Positions 1 through 10,052 of a stretch of 64,000 nucleotides of DNA are shown here, piece after piece. The DNA is from Deltaproteobacteria bacterium. Lineage in GTDB: Bacteria > Myxococcota_A > UBA9160 > UBA4427. The position numbers and the translations under genes are program-made. The notes under the pieces were generated by a model. It was not told the DNA's origin. It searched no databases and was given only the letters and a program-made list of their open reading frames with translations. The stretch covers positions 1,615 to 65,614 of the forward strand of contig NZHD01000020.1 in NCBI GenBank assembly GCA_002691205.1, given 5' to 3'. Position 1 is the stretch's first letter; each line of letters starts with the position of its first letter.

Positions 1-4
1 TTTA

Positions 5-943
5 ATGATTGGCGTTGCCGGCCACACCTTAAGTGCTCTTGAGCGAACACAACTCCAACACCCTCTGGTGGGCGGTGTCATCTTATTCGCTCGCAACTTC
101 ACCGACCCAGAACAGTTGAGCGGCCTATGCGGGTCCATCAAAGCCATCAAAGACCCAGAGCTATTAATCGCCGTCGACCATGAAGGAGGCCGTGTACAGC
201 GCTTTAAATCCGGCTTTACCCACTTGCCGGCCATGTCGTCCCTTGGAGTCAAGTATGATCAAGACCCTCGAACGGGTCTGGAGAAAGCCCATGAAGTGGG
301 CGAAACCCTGGCAAAGGAACTCCTCGCCCACCGCATTGATCTCTCCATGGGGCCGGTGGTTGACTTAGCGAGCAATGCCAAAAGTACGGTCATTGGCGAC
401 CGAAGCTTTCATGCCGACCCAAACGTCGTGGGCCTTTTGGCCGAACAGGTCATCTTGGGCATGAATCAGCAAGGCATGCAGGCCGTCGCGAAGCATTGCC
501 CGGGTCATGGATTTGTCGCCGAAGACACCCATCTTCAATCGGCTCAAGACCCTCGTGGATTTGATGAAATCTGGGAACAGGACTTGGTCCCTTATCGATA
601 TCTGGCCCAGAAAGGACGACTGCAGGCGCTCATGATGTCCCATGTCATCTACCCTCAGATCGATGGGGCGCCCGCGAGTTTTTCTAAAATCTGGATGGCG
701 AGCTTACGTGAACGGCTGGAGTTTTCAGGCGCCATCATCAGTGATGATCTCGGCATGCAGGCCGCGACCCTCTTTCAAGGCGACATCGTCGCCGCGACCC
801 GAGGCGCCATCGAAACCGGTTGTGATTTGATCTTGCTCTGCAATCAACCCCAAGACACCCAAAAGGTCTTAGATCACATGGTGGTGGATGTCCCTCCCGC
901 TTCTCTCGAGCGCCTAGCGAAGCTCCGGGCCGAGACCCGGTAA
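5..943 (+). CDS. nagZ: Beta-N-acetylhexosaminidase (GH3); may begin just upstream of the window
   Basis: GGVILFARN, AVDHEGGRVQRF, KHxPGHG...DTH, MMSHV and SDDLGM motifs typical of NagZ. Confidence 0.93.
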   Translation: MIGVAGHTLSALERTQLQHPLVGGVILFARNFTDPEQLSGLCGSIKAIKDPELLIAVDHEGGRVQRFKSGFTHLPAMSSLGVKYDQDPRTGLEKAHEVGETLAKELLAHRIDLSMGPVVDLASNAKSTVIGDRSFHADPNVVGLLAEQVILGMNQQGMQAVAKHCPGHGFVAEDTHLQSAQDPRGFDEIWEQDLVPYRYLAQKGRLQALMMSHVIYPQIDGAPASFSKIWMASLRERLEFSGAIISDDLGMQAATLFQGDIVAATRGAIETGCDLILLCNQPQDTQKVLDHMVVDVPPASLERLAKLRAETR

Positions 944-1014
944 AAAGAACCAGAAGAAGAAACTCTCCTCAAGAACGTGTACCCTGGGTTTCGATAAAAC
1001 CAGGAGAAGAGAGC

Positions 1015-2103
1015 ATGACCACAGTACTCGCGGCCGGGTGCGAACTCGAAGTCCAAGGCGACGGTAAACGCAACGATCAAACACAGCTTTGGATGCGCGC
1101 AGAAGAACTCCACACACTCACGGGCTGGGATCTTAAGCCCGAAGGTTTGTGCAAAGATGAAGCCTGCGTACCGCTGGCCCCAGAGTCTCTAAAAGAGATG
1201 GTGGACGGCGAGTTCATCGATGCCTCCAGTCTCTGGCAAAGCCTTGATCGCCCCATCCTGCATGACGCTGCACGAAAGACCTGGATGCTCGGCGAGGGTG
1301 CCTCAGACCGCAGTCGCCAGCTCGAATCACTGCAAGCGCCCGACTTCAGCTTGCCCGATATCGACGGACGCATGCACAGCCTCTCGGATCACCAAGGCAA
1401 AAAAGTACTCTTAGCGACTTGGGCCTCTTGGTGAGGCTGCCGACTTGATCTGCCCGTGTGGCAGAAGCTCTACGAAGAACTGCAAGATCAGAATTTCATG
1501 ATCATCGCTGTGGCCATGGACAGCCGAGGCATCGAGGCCGTCAGGGGACCCATCACGAAAGCCAAGACCACCTACACGTCGCTCATCGACTGCGACCATG
1601 TGGTGAGCGATCTTTACAACATGGTCAACGTGCCCCAAGCCGTCTGGATCAATGAAGAGGGTCGAATCGTCCGACCCACCGAAGTCTCGGGCGCCGCGCT
1701 CAGCCTCAACCTAAAGAAGATGCGCAAGACACGTGAGATCTATTGCAATGCGATTCGAGATTGGGTCACAAACGGAGAAGATAGCCCCCACGTCTACTCA
1801 GACTCTGAAGCTCGCGCTCACCTTCCCAGCTACACGCCCGACATTGCTCTCGCCCACGCAAACTTTCATCTCGGACAATATTTGTGGAACGCGGGAAACC
1901 GAACCGAGGGAGAGAGCTTTATGCGCAAAGCGACCGACCTGAATCCAAACTCGTGGAACTTTTTCCGCCAAATGAAAAACCTCGGAAACAGACTCGGGTC
2001 GGGTGGTCCCGAGTACATGGCTCGAGTGAGGAAGCGGAGCAAGCTAGGCAATGAGTACTACCCATTGCCTGACATGGCAGGCATGGAAAATCTAAAGAAA
2101 TAG
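1015..2103 (+). CDS. Thioredoxin-fold (TlpA/ResA/Prx-like) selenoprotein with WASW-U-GC motif, 362 aa by UGA recoding
   Basis: ORFs 1015..1434 and 1456..2103 share a frame and are separated only by TGA (1432-1434) plus GCRLDLP. The redoxin motif APDFSLPDIDG...GKKVLLATWASW runs straight into UGC, followed later by the cis-Pro motif NVP. Confidence 0.88.
1444..1467 (+). promoter_or_regulatory. Putative bacterial SECIS element
   Basis: Stem TCTGCC(1449-1454)/GGCAGA(1460-1465) with loop CGTGT starting about 20 nt after the UGA; G in second loop position. Confidence 0.7.
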
Positions 2104-2224
2104 TCGGCCACGGATACGGATTCAAAAAGCCCACTGGCCTGGCTTAGGTCATCGATCTAATCCGATCAGCCGACGCCATCCCTCGGGTTTGAGCCACGGG
2201 GTGAACCACACCGCGAGAACGGGT

Positions 2225-2722
2225 TTATGCCCCTTCGTCTTTCTTGACTGGCCCAGGCGGGAGATAAGGCGCAAAGCTCGATCTGGCCTTGATTCCCCAC
2301 CGGCCGTTCTCAAAGGTCACAATGTAGAGGGAATCAAATTCCGAGAGCACCGAACCATCGGCCCGGTAGCGAACAAATCGGGTGTCGATGTGAACCTTGG
2401 CCGGACCTGAATGAATCACTTTTCGTTCAGACCATGCGCTGTGATCCCAACCCGGAGTGGCTGAAACGAAACCGGCGAAGAACTCGGGCCGGGCTCCAGC
2501 CTCTTCGAGCACGACGACTTTTCCACCGGCAAATCTGTAGTGAGGAAAGTGAAGAGTCGCCTCGAAGTCATCAATCTCGCGGGCATTAAAGGCCGTCATA
2601 AAAGTGTCCAGAACCTGCATCGCTGAAGCTTCTGCTTCGACACTTTGTGCCCGGCCTTGAACAACGAAACCCAGAAGAAAAACGAGGCCAATCAGGAGGG
2701 GGCGAACCCGAAAGCGCTTCAT
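2225..2722 (-). CDS. Secreted NTF2/SnoaL-like fold hypothetical protein
   Basis: Signal peptide ending GRA-Q; 'LDTFMTAFNARE' N-terminal helix and 'NGRWGI' C-terminal strand pattern. Confidence 0.6.
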   Translation of the reverse strand: MKRFRVRPLLIGLVFLLGFVVQGRAQSVEAEASAMQVLDTFMTAFNAREIDDFEATLHFPHYRFAGGKVVVLEEAGARPEFFAGFVSATPGWDHSAWSERKVIHSGPAKVHIDTRFVRYRADGSVLSEFDSLYIVTFENGRWGIKARSSFAPYLPPGPVKKDEGA

Positions 2723-4476
2723 GAAGGACTCGCCCCGGGCCCGGGCTGTTCTCCCCGAATAAGCCGCCCTGGAAGCTTGCCGGTGGGCTCACCATCCCGA
2801 TAAGTGATTTCACCGGACACGAGAGTCGCTCGATAGCCTTCGGCCCTTTGTACAAGTCGTCGGCCGTCCGCAGGCAAGTCGCGTATGATTTCAGGAGGGT
2901 GCAAGCAGAGCGCCTCATAGTCGATGAGATTAAGATCGGCTTTGTAGCCCGGCGCAATCAGGCCACGGTCTTTGAGGCCGACTGCATTGGCGGTGTCCTG
3001 CGTGTGCCACTTCACGACGGTCTCCACGGGAAACCTTGGTCCTCGACTTCGGTCGCGGGTCCAGTGGGTGAGCATATGCGTGGAGAAGCTCGCATCACAG
3101 ATCGTTCCGAGATGCGCCCCTCCGTCCCCAAGCCCAAGAACGGTCCCCTCGTCTTGCATCATCTCAAAGGAAGGCAAAAGGGATCCATCGGCATAATTGA
3201 GAAAGGGAAGATAGAGAAGCGCCCTCCCCTCGTTCTCAAGCATACGCGCGTATGCATACTCGGCGGCACTCTGGTTCGCCCGTGAGGCACGCGCCGCGAT
3301 ACTCTGCTCAGCCGGCTGCTCGTAGTCTGGAGGATCGCCCAGCAGAAAGACCTTCTCAAAATGATTCAAAAAGCGGATTTGAGGCGACGTGGAGTCGACG
3401 GCGAATTCGTTTAGGATGGCCTCGCGACGCTCGGGCTGTCCAAACTCGGCCACTTTTTCCGACAGAGGAAGGTCTGCGATCTCTCGATACGTCGGGCACG
3501 TCATGAAAGGATTCATGGTCGCATCCAGGCCCAGCATAAGCCCCACAGGCCTCCCGGCCACCTGTGCCAAAATAGGGAGTCCTGCTTCCCGAAGCCGACC
3601 CACCCAATTCAAAATTTTGCGCCATGCCTGAGGTGCAGAGTCCGATTGCGCAAGAGACACCGACAGCGGACGACCCGAATGGCGGCAGAGACTTTCTAAC
3701 ATTCCTAATTCTACAGGGCCGTCCTTAAAGTCGCTGACAAATTGCAAGACGCCAAGACCGGTCTCACCGAGTGCATTCGCAATGCCCTGAAGCTCTTCGG
3801 CGGACGCACGCAGTGAAGGCGTTGGCTTGCCTTCACTCGTACGGTGATTAATTGTCCGCGATGAAGAGAAACCCAGAGCCCCTGCCTTCATCGCCTCGCT
3901 GGCGATCTGTGCCATCGCTTGAATATCGTCGTCTGTCGCCGGCTCGAGATCAGCTCCGCGTTGCCCCATGACGTAAACGCGTAGGGCTCCATGGGGAAGC
4001 TGGGTCGCGATATCGATATCATGGGGTCGAGCCTCGATGGCATCAAGAAATTCAGGAAAGCTTTCCCAAGTCCACGAGAGCCCCTCGGTGAGAACCACGC
4101 CTGGAATATCTTCGACCCCTTCCATTAACTTCACGAGCGTTTCGTGGTCTTCGGGCCGGCAAGGCGCAAAGCCCACCCCGCAATTTCCCGCCACCACCGT
4201 TGTCACTCCGTGCCAAGAGGACGGGCTCAGGCGTTCATCCCAGGTGGCTTGACCATCATAATGGGTATGAATATCAACAAATCCAGGCGTCACGAGCAGA
4301 CCCGTCGCATCGATCTCCTCACGACCCGCACCTTCGATGAGCCCCACCGCCTCAATTTTTCCGTCACGAATCGCAATGTCACCGGAGCGAAGCGCACCGC
4401 CGGTCCCATCCGCGATGGTGCCCCCGCGAATCACAAGGTCCCAAGCTACGGCCACCCCTCTGGACTGCTCACTCAT
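2719..4476 (-). CDS. N-acyl-D-amino-acid deacylase family amidohydrolase
   Basis: PGFVDIHTHYD, GVTTVVAGNCG, DGGAH and GYKADLNLID motifs; start placed at ATG 4476. Confidence 0.88.
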   Translation of the reverse strand: MSEQSRGVAVAWDLVIRGGTIADGTGGALRSGDIAIRDGKIEAVGLIEGAGREEIDATGLLVTPGFVDIHTHYDGQATWDERLSPSSWHGVTTVVAGNCGVGFAPCRPEDHETLVKLMEGVEDIPGVVLTEGLSWTWESFPEFLDAIEARPHDIDIATQLPHGALRVYVMGQRGADLEPATDDDIQAMAQIASEAMKAGALGFSSSRTINHRTSEGKPTPSLRASAEELQGIANALGETGLGVLQFVSDFKDGPVELGMLESLCRHSGRPLSVSLAQSDSAPQAWRKILNWVGRLREAGLPILAQVAGRPVGLMLGLDATMNPFMTCPTYREIADLPLSEKVAEFGQPERREAILNEFAVDSTSPQIRFLNHFEKVFLLGDPPDYEQPAEQSIAARASRANQSAAEYAYARMLENEGRALLYLPFLNYADGSLLPSFEMMQDEGTVLGLGDGGAHLGTICDASFSTHMLTHWTRDRSRGPRFPVETVVKWHTQDTANAVGLKDRGLIAPGYKADLNLIDYEALCLHPPEIIRDLPADGRRLVQRAEGYRATLVSGEITYRDGEPTGKLPGRLIRGEQPGPGASPS

Positions 4477-4657
4477 CCTCAAACTCCCTCCACCCCAGGA
4501 TCTCGAATCCACTCTTTCGCGAAACGAACACAGAGAGACATACTACACCCTTGAGCCTGCTGGATATAGGCTTAAGCAGGACGAAGCCCATAGGCACGGG
4601 GAAGAAAAAGGGAATACGGAGACTGGGTCAGTTCACCCGGAAGCAGAGCGCTCGGCC

Positions 4658-5767
4658 CTAAACCCTGTCATGAGACCGAAGCCCCCGACTAGGCCGAATT
4701 CCCACAAGTCCAAACAAACCCATCCCCACCAGTAAGGCGGTCCCGGGTTCAGGCACGGGAAGGCCCGTGTTCGTGGGTACGAAACCAATTCCCTCGACAT
4801 CATTAAAACCAATCCCCCCTAAATCCGTATAGCCGTTGCCCGTGGTATTCAACTGATAAAAGTGGTTGGTCGCATCGCTGAAACCAATCAGCCTTTGGTT
4901 CATAAAATCCCATGCAAGGGATTCAATATCTTCATCGGCTCCAGTGTTATTCACAACGCTGATACTCAAAAGAGACGGAAGCGGTCCGGATCGGTCGAGT
5001 ATAGCCATATGCAAAACGTCATCGTTTTCACTCGGACCTCCATCGTCATCAATCATGTAGAGATTTCCGTATTCGTCAAACTGGATATCTTCGATGTCGT
5101 CGGTTCCGTCCATCGACTTTGCAATCACAGTCGATACGCCGGTGTAGCGATCAATGAGCAGCAGATCATCCCGGCCACCATTTTCATTGACGGCGTAAAA
5201 ATCTCCAGTCAGAGGGTCTATATCAAGGCCGTTGATCTGGCCTGAAGAGATTCCGCTAATTGGTCCCAGAGACTGCAGAACATTCAGACCGCCTGACCCT
5301 GTGGCATCGTCCTGAGCCACGATAATCGCTCCCGCTTCATCAAAGATCCTGATTCTGTAGAGATGAGGGGCCTCAAAGGTCGTTCCGCTCTCAAAGTTAA
5401 GCGAGGTGTTCCCCACCGTATAGGCGAAACCTTGCTTATCCAGCGCAAAGGACTCAAGGTCCGAGAAGACATAATCGTGATCTAGATCCGTATCTGGAAA
5501 AGGCCGCGTGACACCCCCATCGTTGATGGACAATCGTCCATAGTCAGTCACAACCGGTGAAGAATCGTAGTCTTCGATCCGCAAGAGAATTCCCGTATCC
5601 TCATCGATCCCCCAACCGATCGGGACCGAACCGGAAGCAAAGGCCGGCACCCCTTCCAAAATCAAGAGACACAAAACCGACCACAACGTCCAAGCCCCTG
5701 CACATCTCTGCGCCCTTCCCAGGCCAACCAGCCAGCCCAACACCACTCCCATACCTCCCCCCAACAA
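4658..5767 (-). CDS. PEP-CTERM surface protein with acidic beta-propeller-like repeats; start uncertain
   Basis: C-terminal VPEPGTALLVGMGLFGLVG plus basic tail; N-terminal hydrophobic signal ending AFA. Confidence 0.85.
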   Translation of the reverse strand: MLGGGMGVVLGWLVGLGRAQRCAGAWTLWSVLCLLILEGVPAFASGSVPIGWGIDEDTGILLRIEDYDSSPVVTDYGRLSINDGGVTRPFPDTDLDHDYVFSDLESFALDKQGFAYTVGNTSLNFESGTTFEAPHLYRIRIFDEAGAIIVAQDDATGSGGLNVLQSLGPISGISSGQINGLDIDPLTGDFYAVNENGGRDDLLLIDRYTGVSTVIAKSMDGTDDIEDIQFDEYGNLYMIDDDGGPSENDDVLHMAILDRSGPLPSLLSISVVNNTGADEDIESLAWDFMNQRLIGFSDATNHFYQLNTTGNGYTDLGGIGFNDVEGIGFVPTNTGLPVPEPGTALLVGMGLFGLVGIRPSRGLRSHDRV

Positions 5768-6072
5768 AAATCCAGATCAACTGGAAAGGCTTCTTAAAGT
5801 CGTTCTCATGCCTATCCTCAAGGAACTAAACGCTTTTTTCAAGCATAAACACTTGAGACAAGCAATCTAGGCCTTCAAACGGCTCAATCCGCCCTTCTTG
5901 ACCCCGGGGGCCCCTGATTCAGGTCCGCAAACCGGACCCGCCCTTGGCCCCCTTTCGAGCGACCTCTAAACCCGAGAGTGACGAAAAGTACAGGCCAGGT
6001 GATCCGATCTCAGGACACCCACCGACTGATCTCCTAAGTGACGCGAAAATCGTTTCGCAAAGGAGAATCGAG

Positions 6073-7680
6073 ATGAACAGGTCCAGACGAGATTTTTTAC
6101 GGAAAGCGGGATTGGGTCTCGTGGGCGCCAGCGCTGGCCTCTCTCTTCCCGGACTCGGCCGAGCCATCGAATATCCTTTTCAACGCGATTTTCCCATCAG
6201 CCCTGACGACCTTCAGCGGCCAACGATTGATCATTTCAATGGTTTCTGCCCAAACGGAAAGCGAGTCCTTGAAATCGTTCTCTACGGAGGCCTTTCGCCT
6301 TGGGAGACTTTCTGGGTCGGTTCGGGAGGCGGAGATATGTTTCTCAATCACCAAACTGGTCTTCCCCGAAATGTCGACATGCGCGGTGCAGGTGACCTTG
6401 TCAAAAACTTCGATTGGTGTGAGGGCGGTCCCGCAGCCAACCGAGTCAAGTATTTTGGAGAGGACGACGCAGGCCAAGAAATCTACTGGGGCCCGGCCAC
6501 GCAACCTCTCTGGGGCGAGGACATTTTCAACTCCGCGCGTATGATCACTTTCGGCCATGATAAAAACGTCCACGAACTGGCTATGCCTCTTGCTCTGACC
6601 GGACTGCCTATCGGGAACCTCCGCGCGGCAGGGCTCGGAGCCGCGATCTCAAGAGCCTTCCGCGACAACTCCAATTGTGAAAACGATCACCGGCCCTACT
6701 CCTACGTTCTGATGCCGGACGATATCGGGCAATTTAGGAATATCTCCGCGTCGATCTCGGCCACGGGGTTTCACGGAGGAGCGAATCGGCCCGTGGAATT
6801 AACCGTCGGGCAAAACGGTCTCGATGACCTCTTTCTTAACGCCGAGCCCACACCGGAAGTGCGCGAGGCTTTAGAAGTCCTTCGCGATCAGTATCGCCAA
6901 CGCCTCCGTTGGCAGGGCACTCCGGGCGATCACGTCAGATCTCCTCAGTTCGACGACTACCGCTCGGCCGCGCTCACCCTTGAAAACTCATCGGCGCTTC
7001 ACGACTTGGTCGGGGGTGACACCTTAATCGCCTCAGCCGGTTCATCCTGTGAAGAATCTCCGGTGGACACCAACTGGAACCGCACGGCCCGCTCACTCGA
7101 TGTCGCATCGATCCTTCTGGATCCGAATCAGGGTAATGCACGCTACGTCGGTATGTTCGACGCTGGCTTCCCGGCCTATAAATTTGGAGGTGCGCCCTAC
7201 GACACGCATTCAAGCGCGTCGTTTTCAGAAAAACATATCCCTGCGACGATGACTAATCTTTACAACTGCCTCTCACACCTCAGGCTTCTCATCGATCAAG
7301 GCGACATCAACCTCAGCGACACCATGGTCGTGATCACCACCGAAATGGGTCGACATCCGAATCTCGGAGCATCGCAGAAAGGACGAGAGCACTGGGCGGC
7401 CGGGACCGTTCAGATCCTGCTCGGCTGCGACGGCCCTCGTGATATTGTCGGCGCGATACCCTCCAGCGGCGCCACCAGTGGCTACGCCGAAGCTCCCGCC
7501 GATCCCGGCGCTACTCGCCCGTTTCAGGCCGCTCATGCTCGAGCGGCCATCCTCAAGGCCGCCGGCATCGACCCCGTCTCTCATGACCACTTCTCTCTCG
7601 GTGACCTGCTTGACCCGCTTTATGCCGCAACCGATGCCGAGATGTCCAACCAAATTGCTTCCCGAATCCTAGGAGTATGA
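6073..7680 (+). CDS. Tat-exported DUF1501-type protein
   Basis: RBS AGGAGA at 6061; SRRDFLRK twin-arginine signal; LYGGLSPWETF, YDTH, DTMVVITTEMGR and GREHW motifs. Confidence 0.8.
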   Translation: MNRSRRDFLRKAGLGLVGASAGLSLPGLGRAIEYPFQRDFPISPDDLQRPTIDHFNGFCPNGKRVLEIVLYGGLSPWETFWVGSGGGDMFLNHQTGLPRNVDMRGAGDLVKNFDWCEGGPAANRVKYFGEDDAGQEIYWGPATQPLWGEDIFNSARMITFGHDKNVHELAMPLALTGLPIGNLRAAGLGAAISRAFRDNSNCENDHRPYSYVLMPDDIGQFRNISASISATGFHGGANRPVELTVGQNGLDDLFLNAEPTPEVREALEVLRDQYRQRLRWQGTPGDHVRSPQFDDYRSAALTLENSSALHDLVGGDTLIASAGSSCEESPVDTNWNRTARSLDVASILLDPNQGNARYVGMFDAGFPAYKFGGAPYDTHSSASFSEKHIPATMTNLYNCLSHLRLLIDQGDINLSDTMVVITTEMGRHPNLGASQKGREHWAAGTVQILLGCDGPRDIVGAIPSSGATSGYAEAPADPGATRPFQAAHARAAILKAAGIDPVSHDHFSLGDLLDPLYAATDAEMSNQIASRILGV

Positions 7681-9926
7681 TCATGATGAGAATAATCGCG
7701 ACCGCAACCCTGATGATCCTGCTTTTGCTTGGCTGCATGCCCGAGCCCGACACCGATGACAACGGGGATCGAAGCTGGGCCCAACAAGCCGTCCCCGAAC
7801 TTCTGGGTAGAAAAATCCGAGGCTGGGAAGAAACCGATGTGCTCGCCCAGGCCGTGGGCCTGCTCGGGCGGAGCAAAGTCAGTCAAGCCATCATGTTCGA
7901 CGACGCTTTCCGCATCTACTGGTCTGAAATCCTCATCGATCACATTCAGACGCAACGCCCTGGAGCCTCGGGAAACAGAACCGGGGTCACGAGCTGCTGG
8001 AATACGCCTATGGCGGGTCCGGATAGCGGAGACCTCGCACGCTGGATTGAGACTCATCATCCCGATGGAACGCTCGCCGTCTCCGCCGCCTCACCTTATC
8101 TCGGAGCCCGACCCTACGATTTTAATATGGTCGATATCATCCGCTCATCCATCGAACTCGACAACCTGAGTCCGATCTATCTCTCCAACCTAATTCCTTT
8201 CGTCATGAACGAAGGCTACAACAACGTGGCGACAGAGCGTCTCGGGGGCGAGTTCGACGAGATTTATCTCGGCCGTCCTCAATCCTGCATGACTTGCCAC
8301 AACGAAAACTACTCCGCCTCAGACCTTCCTGATTGGAAGAGAACCTTCCAGCCGTTCCCTAAAGTGGAAACGAAAGTCTTCGGTGGAGCGCTGGGTTCCG
8401 CCGAGACCCTTGCGTCATCCCATGCCATATTCAATCCGGAGATACGCGGCGGAGATTTCTATCCCTGGGATATCGACCCTTCGTGTGTCAGAAAATCCGG
8501 AGACCCTCTCCAGGGGCTCCGCCAATCTATCCCCGGGTCAGGCGGGGCGTACACAAAGCTCGGTTCGGTCACGGGCACAGGAAAACACATCCTCGACCTT
8601 GAAGAAGCCCTGCGAGATGGCGTGCAGAGTCTATCGGGTTCCGCCATCAACAGCTTTGTCAATGAGGGAGAGAGCACAGACTTGTCAGATAACGAAGCGC
8701 TGGCCTATTTACTCGCCCTAAAAATCACCGACAATCTGTGGCAGGAAGTGATGGGCGAACGACTCACTGTCGTTCACGGATATTCGCGCAATTCCCAGCA
8801 GCGCGAAACGATGCGCTTCCTCGCCGAAGACAAATTGATTGCGGAGCGCTGGTCTCTCCGAAACGTGCTCGAGGCTATCCTCACCAGCCGATGGTTCAAT
8901 CGATCGGCGCCCTACGTGGGTGATTCAACGATCAATCATTCAGCCTATCACCTGCCCATGGTTCTTGACCCTTGGCTCGCCAAGGCGCCTGGCGAAACCA
9001 GCGAACCCATCAACAACTTCAACGGGCAAGGCCGTGTGGTGCACAGATACTCGCCTCGAAATCTGATCCGATCGGCCGGCACGGCTCTGGGCCATGCTTC
9101 TCTGCCCGCCCACTTTGCGGCCGGCAGTGGCACAGACCGGAAGTTCCTTGAGAATCTGGGTCAGTACCTCAATGATTACAGCCCAGGAACTCGATCTGTA
9201 GATTTTCAGGGCATGATGAGTTGGGCCGCACGTTATGGATCCTGCCAAACCCCCACCGACACTGACACGGACTGGATCAACGAACTCACTTCGGCCGCCG
9301 GCGAATGGGATGCGCTTCATCCCACCGAGCCTCCGATTACACTCAGGGACTTAAGCTTAACCATGAAAGACTGGCTCGTGGGCGAGGCCACTCTGGACCA
9401 CGACGTCTCAGCCGGGACGGAGAGCGACGCCATCGAAGCGCTGTTCGGAATTGATCTTGACACCCCGCTCAACTCAATCTCTCCTTCATTCCTTGAAGAC
9501 AGGGCACGCCTTTACTGCGGCTCTCTCATCTCATCGCCCCATTTCATGTTGGCCGGAATCCGGCCCGGCGACTTGGGCTCTGGGTCACGACTACGGGTAT
9601 GCAATCCGGGAGAACCCTGCACTTGGATCGAAACCTGCGAAGCGTGGCTTCCCCTGCTAGAGGAAGCCTCGGACGAGGACCTTGAATGCACTCCAAGTAC
9701 TCAGACCTTAAGACGAACCATACACTTAACGCCGCCTACTCTGAACCGTCCGGAACTCACACGCCCCACCGCTGAATTTTCACCCGAACCGGTTGAGCTC
9801 CCACGGCCCCCCATTCCTTTGATCCCTCCTCAACCCCCGATGCCTACTCCCCCCGAGCCCCCTGCAGGCCTGCCATCACAAGAAACTGCCGCTCCCATGA
9901 CGGAACTGGATCACGGCCGCGTCTAA
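7677..9926 (+). CDS. Lipoprotein with one CxxCH heme-c motif and Pro-rich C-terminal tail; probable partner of the DUF1501 protein
   Basis: Lipobox LLLGC; SCMTCHN; 'WSLRNVLEAILTSRWF' resembles DUF1553/DUF1585-type segments; ATGA overlap with upstream gene. Confidence 0.65.
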   Translation: MIMMRIIATATLMILLLLGCMPEPDTDDNGDRSWAQQAVPELLGRKIRGWEETDVLAQAVGLLGRSKVSQAIMFDDAFRIYWSEILIDHIQTQRPGASGNRTGVTSCWNTPMAGPDSGDLARWIETHHPDGTLAVSAASPYLGARPYDFNMVDIIRSSIELDNLSPIYLSNLIPFVMNEGYNNVATERLGGEFDEIYLGRPQSCMTCHNENYSASDLPDWKRTFQPFPKVETKVFGGALGSAETLASSHAIFNPEIRGGDFYPWDIDPSCVRKSGDPLQGLRQSIPGSGGAYTKLGSVTGTGKHILDLEEALRDGVQSLSGSAINSFVNEGESTDLSDNEALAYLLALKITDNLWQEVMGERLTVVHGYSRNSQQRETMRFLAEDKLIAERWSLRNVLEAILTSRWFNRSAPYVGDSTINHSAYHLPMVLDPWLAKAPGETSEPINNFNGQGRVVHRYSPRNLIRSAGTALGHASLPAHFAAGSGTDRKFLENLGQYLNDYSPGTRSVDFQGMMSWAARYGSCQTPTDTDTDWINELTSAAGEWDALHPTEPPITLRDLSLTMKDWLVGEATLDHDVSAGTESDAIEALFGIDLDTPLNSISPSFLEDRARLYCGSLISSPHFMLAGIRPGDLGSGSRLRVCNPGEPCTWIETCEAWLPLLEEASDEDLECTPSTQTLRRTIHLTPPTLNRPELTRPTAEFSPEPVELPRPPIPLIPPQPPMPTPPEPPAGLPSQETAAPMTELDHGRV

Positions 9927-10052
9927 AATTCCTCTCCATCAAGTAGAGGAGATCGACCTTCACTCGTGCGAAGTGTTGAGACAGTCAGCCCCAGGTCAGT
10001 TCGGGACACCCATGCTTCCCCGCGATCGCGCGAGGCTCACTGAGACTGGCCC

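Noticed and set aside
9720-9890. C-rich repetitive-looking DNA
   Set aside because: Explained by the Pro-rich tail of the lipoprotein; there is no fixed repeat unit.
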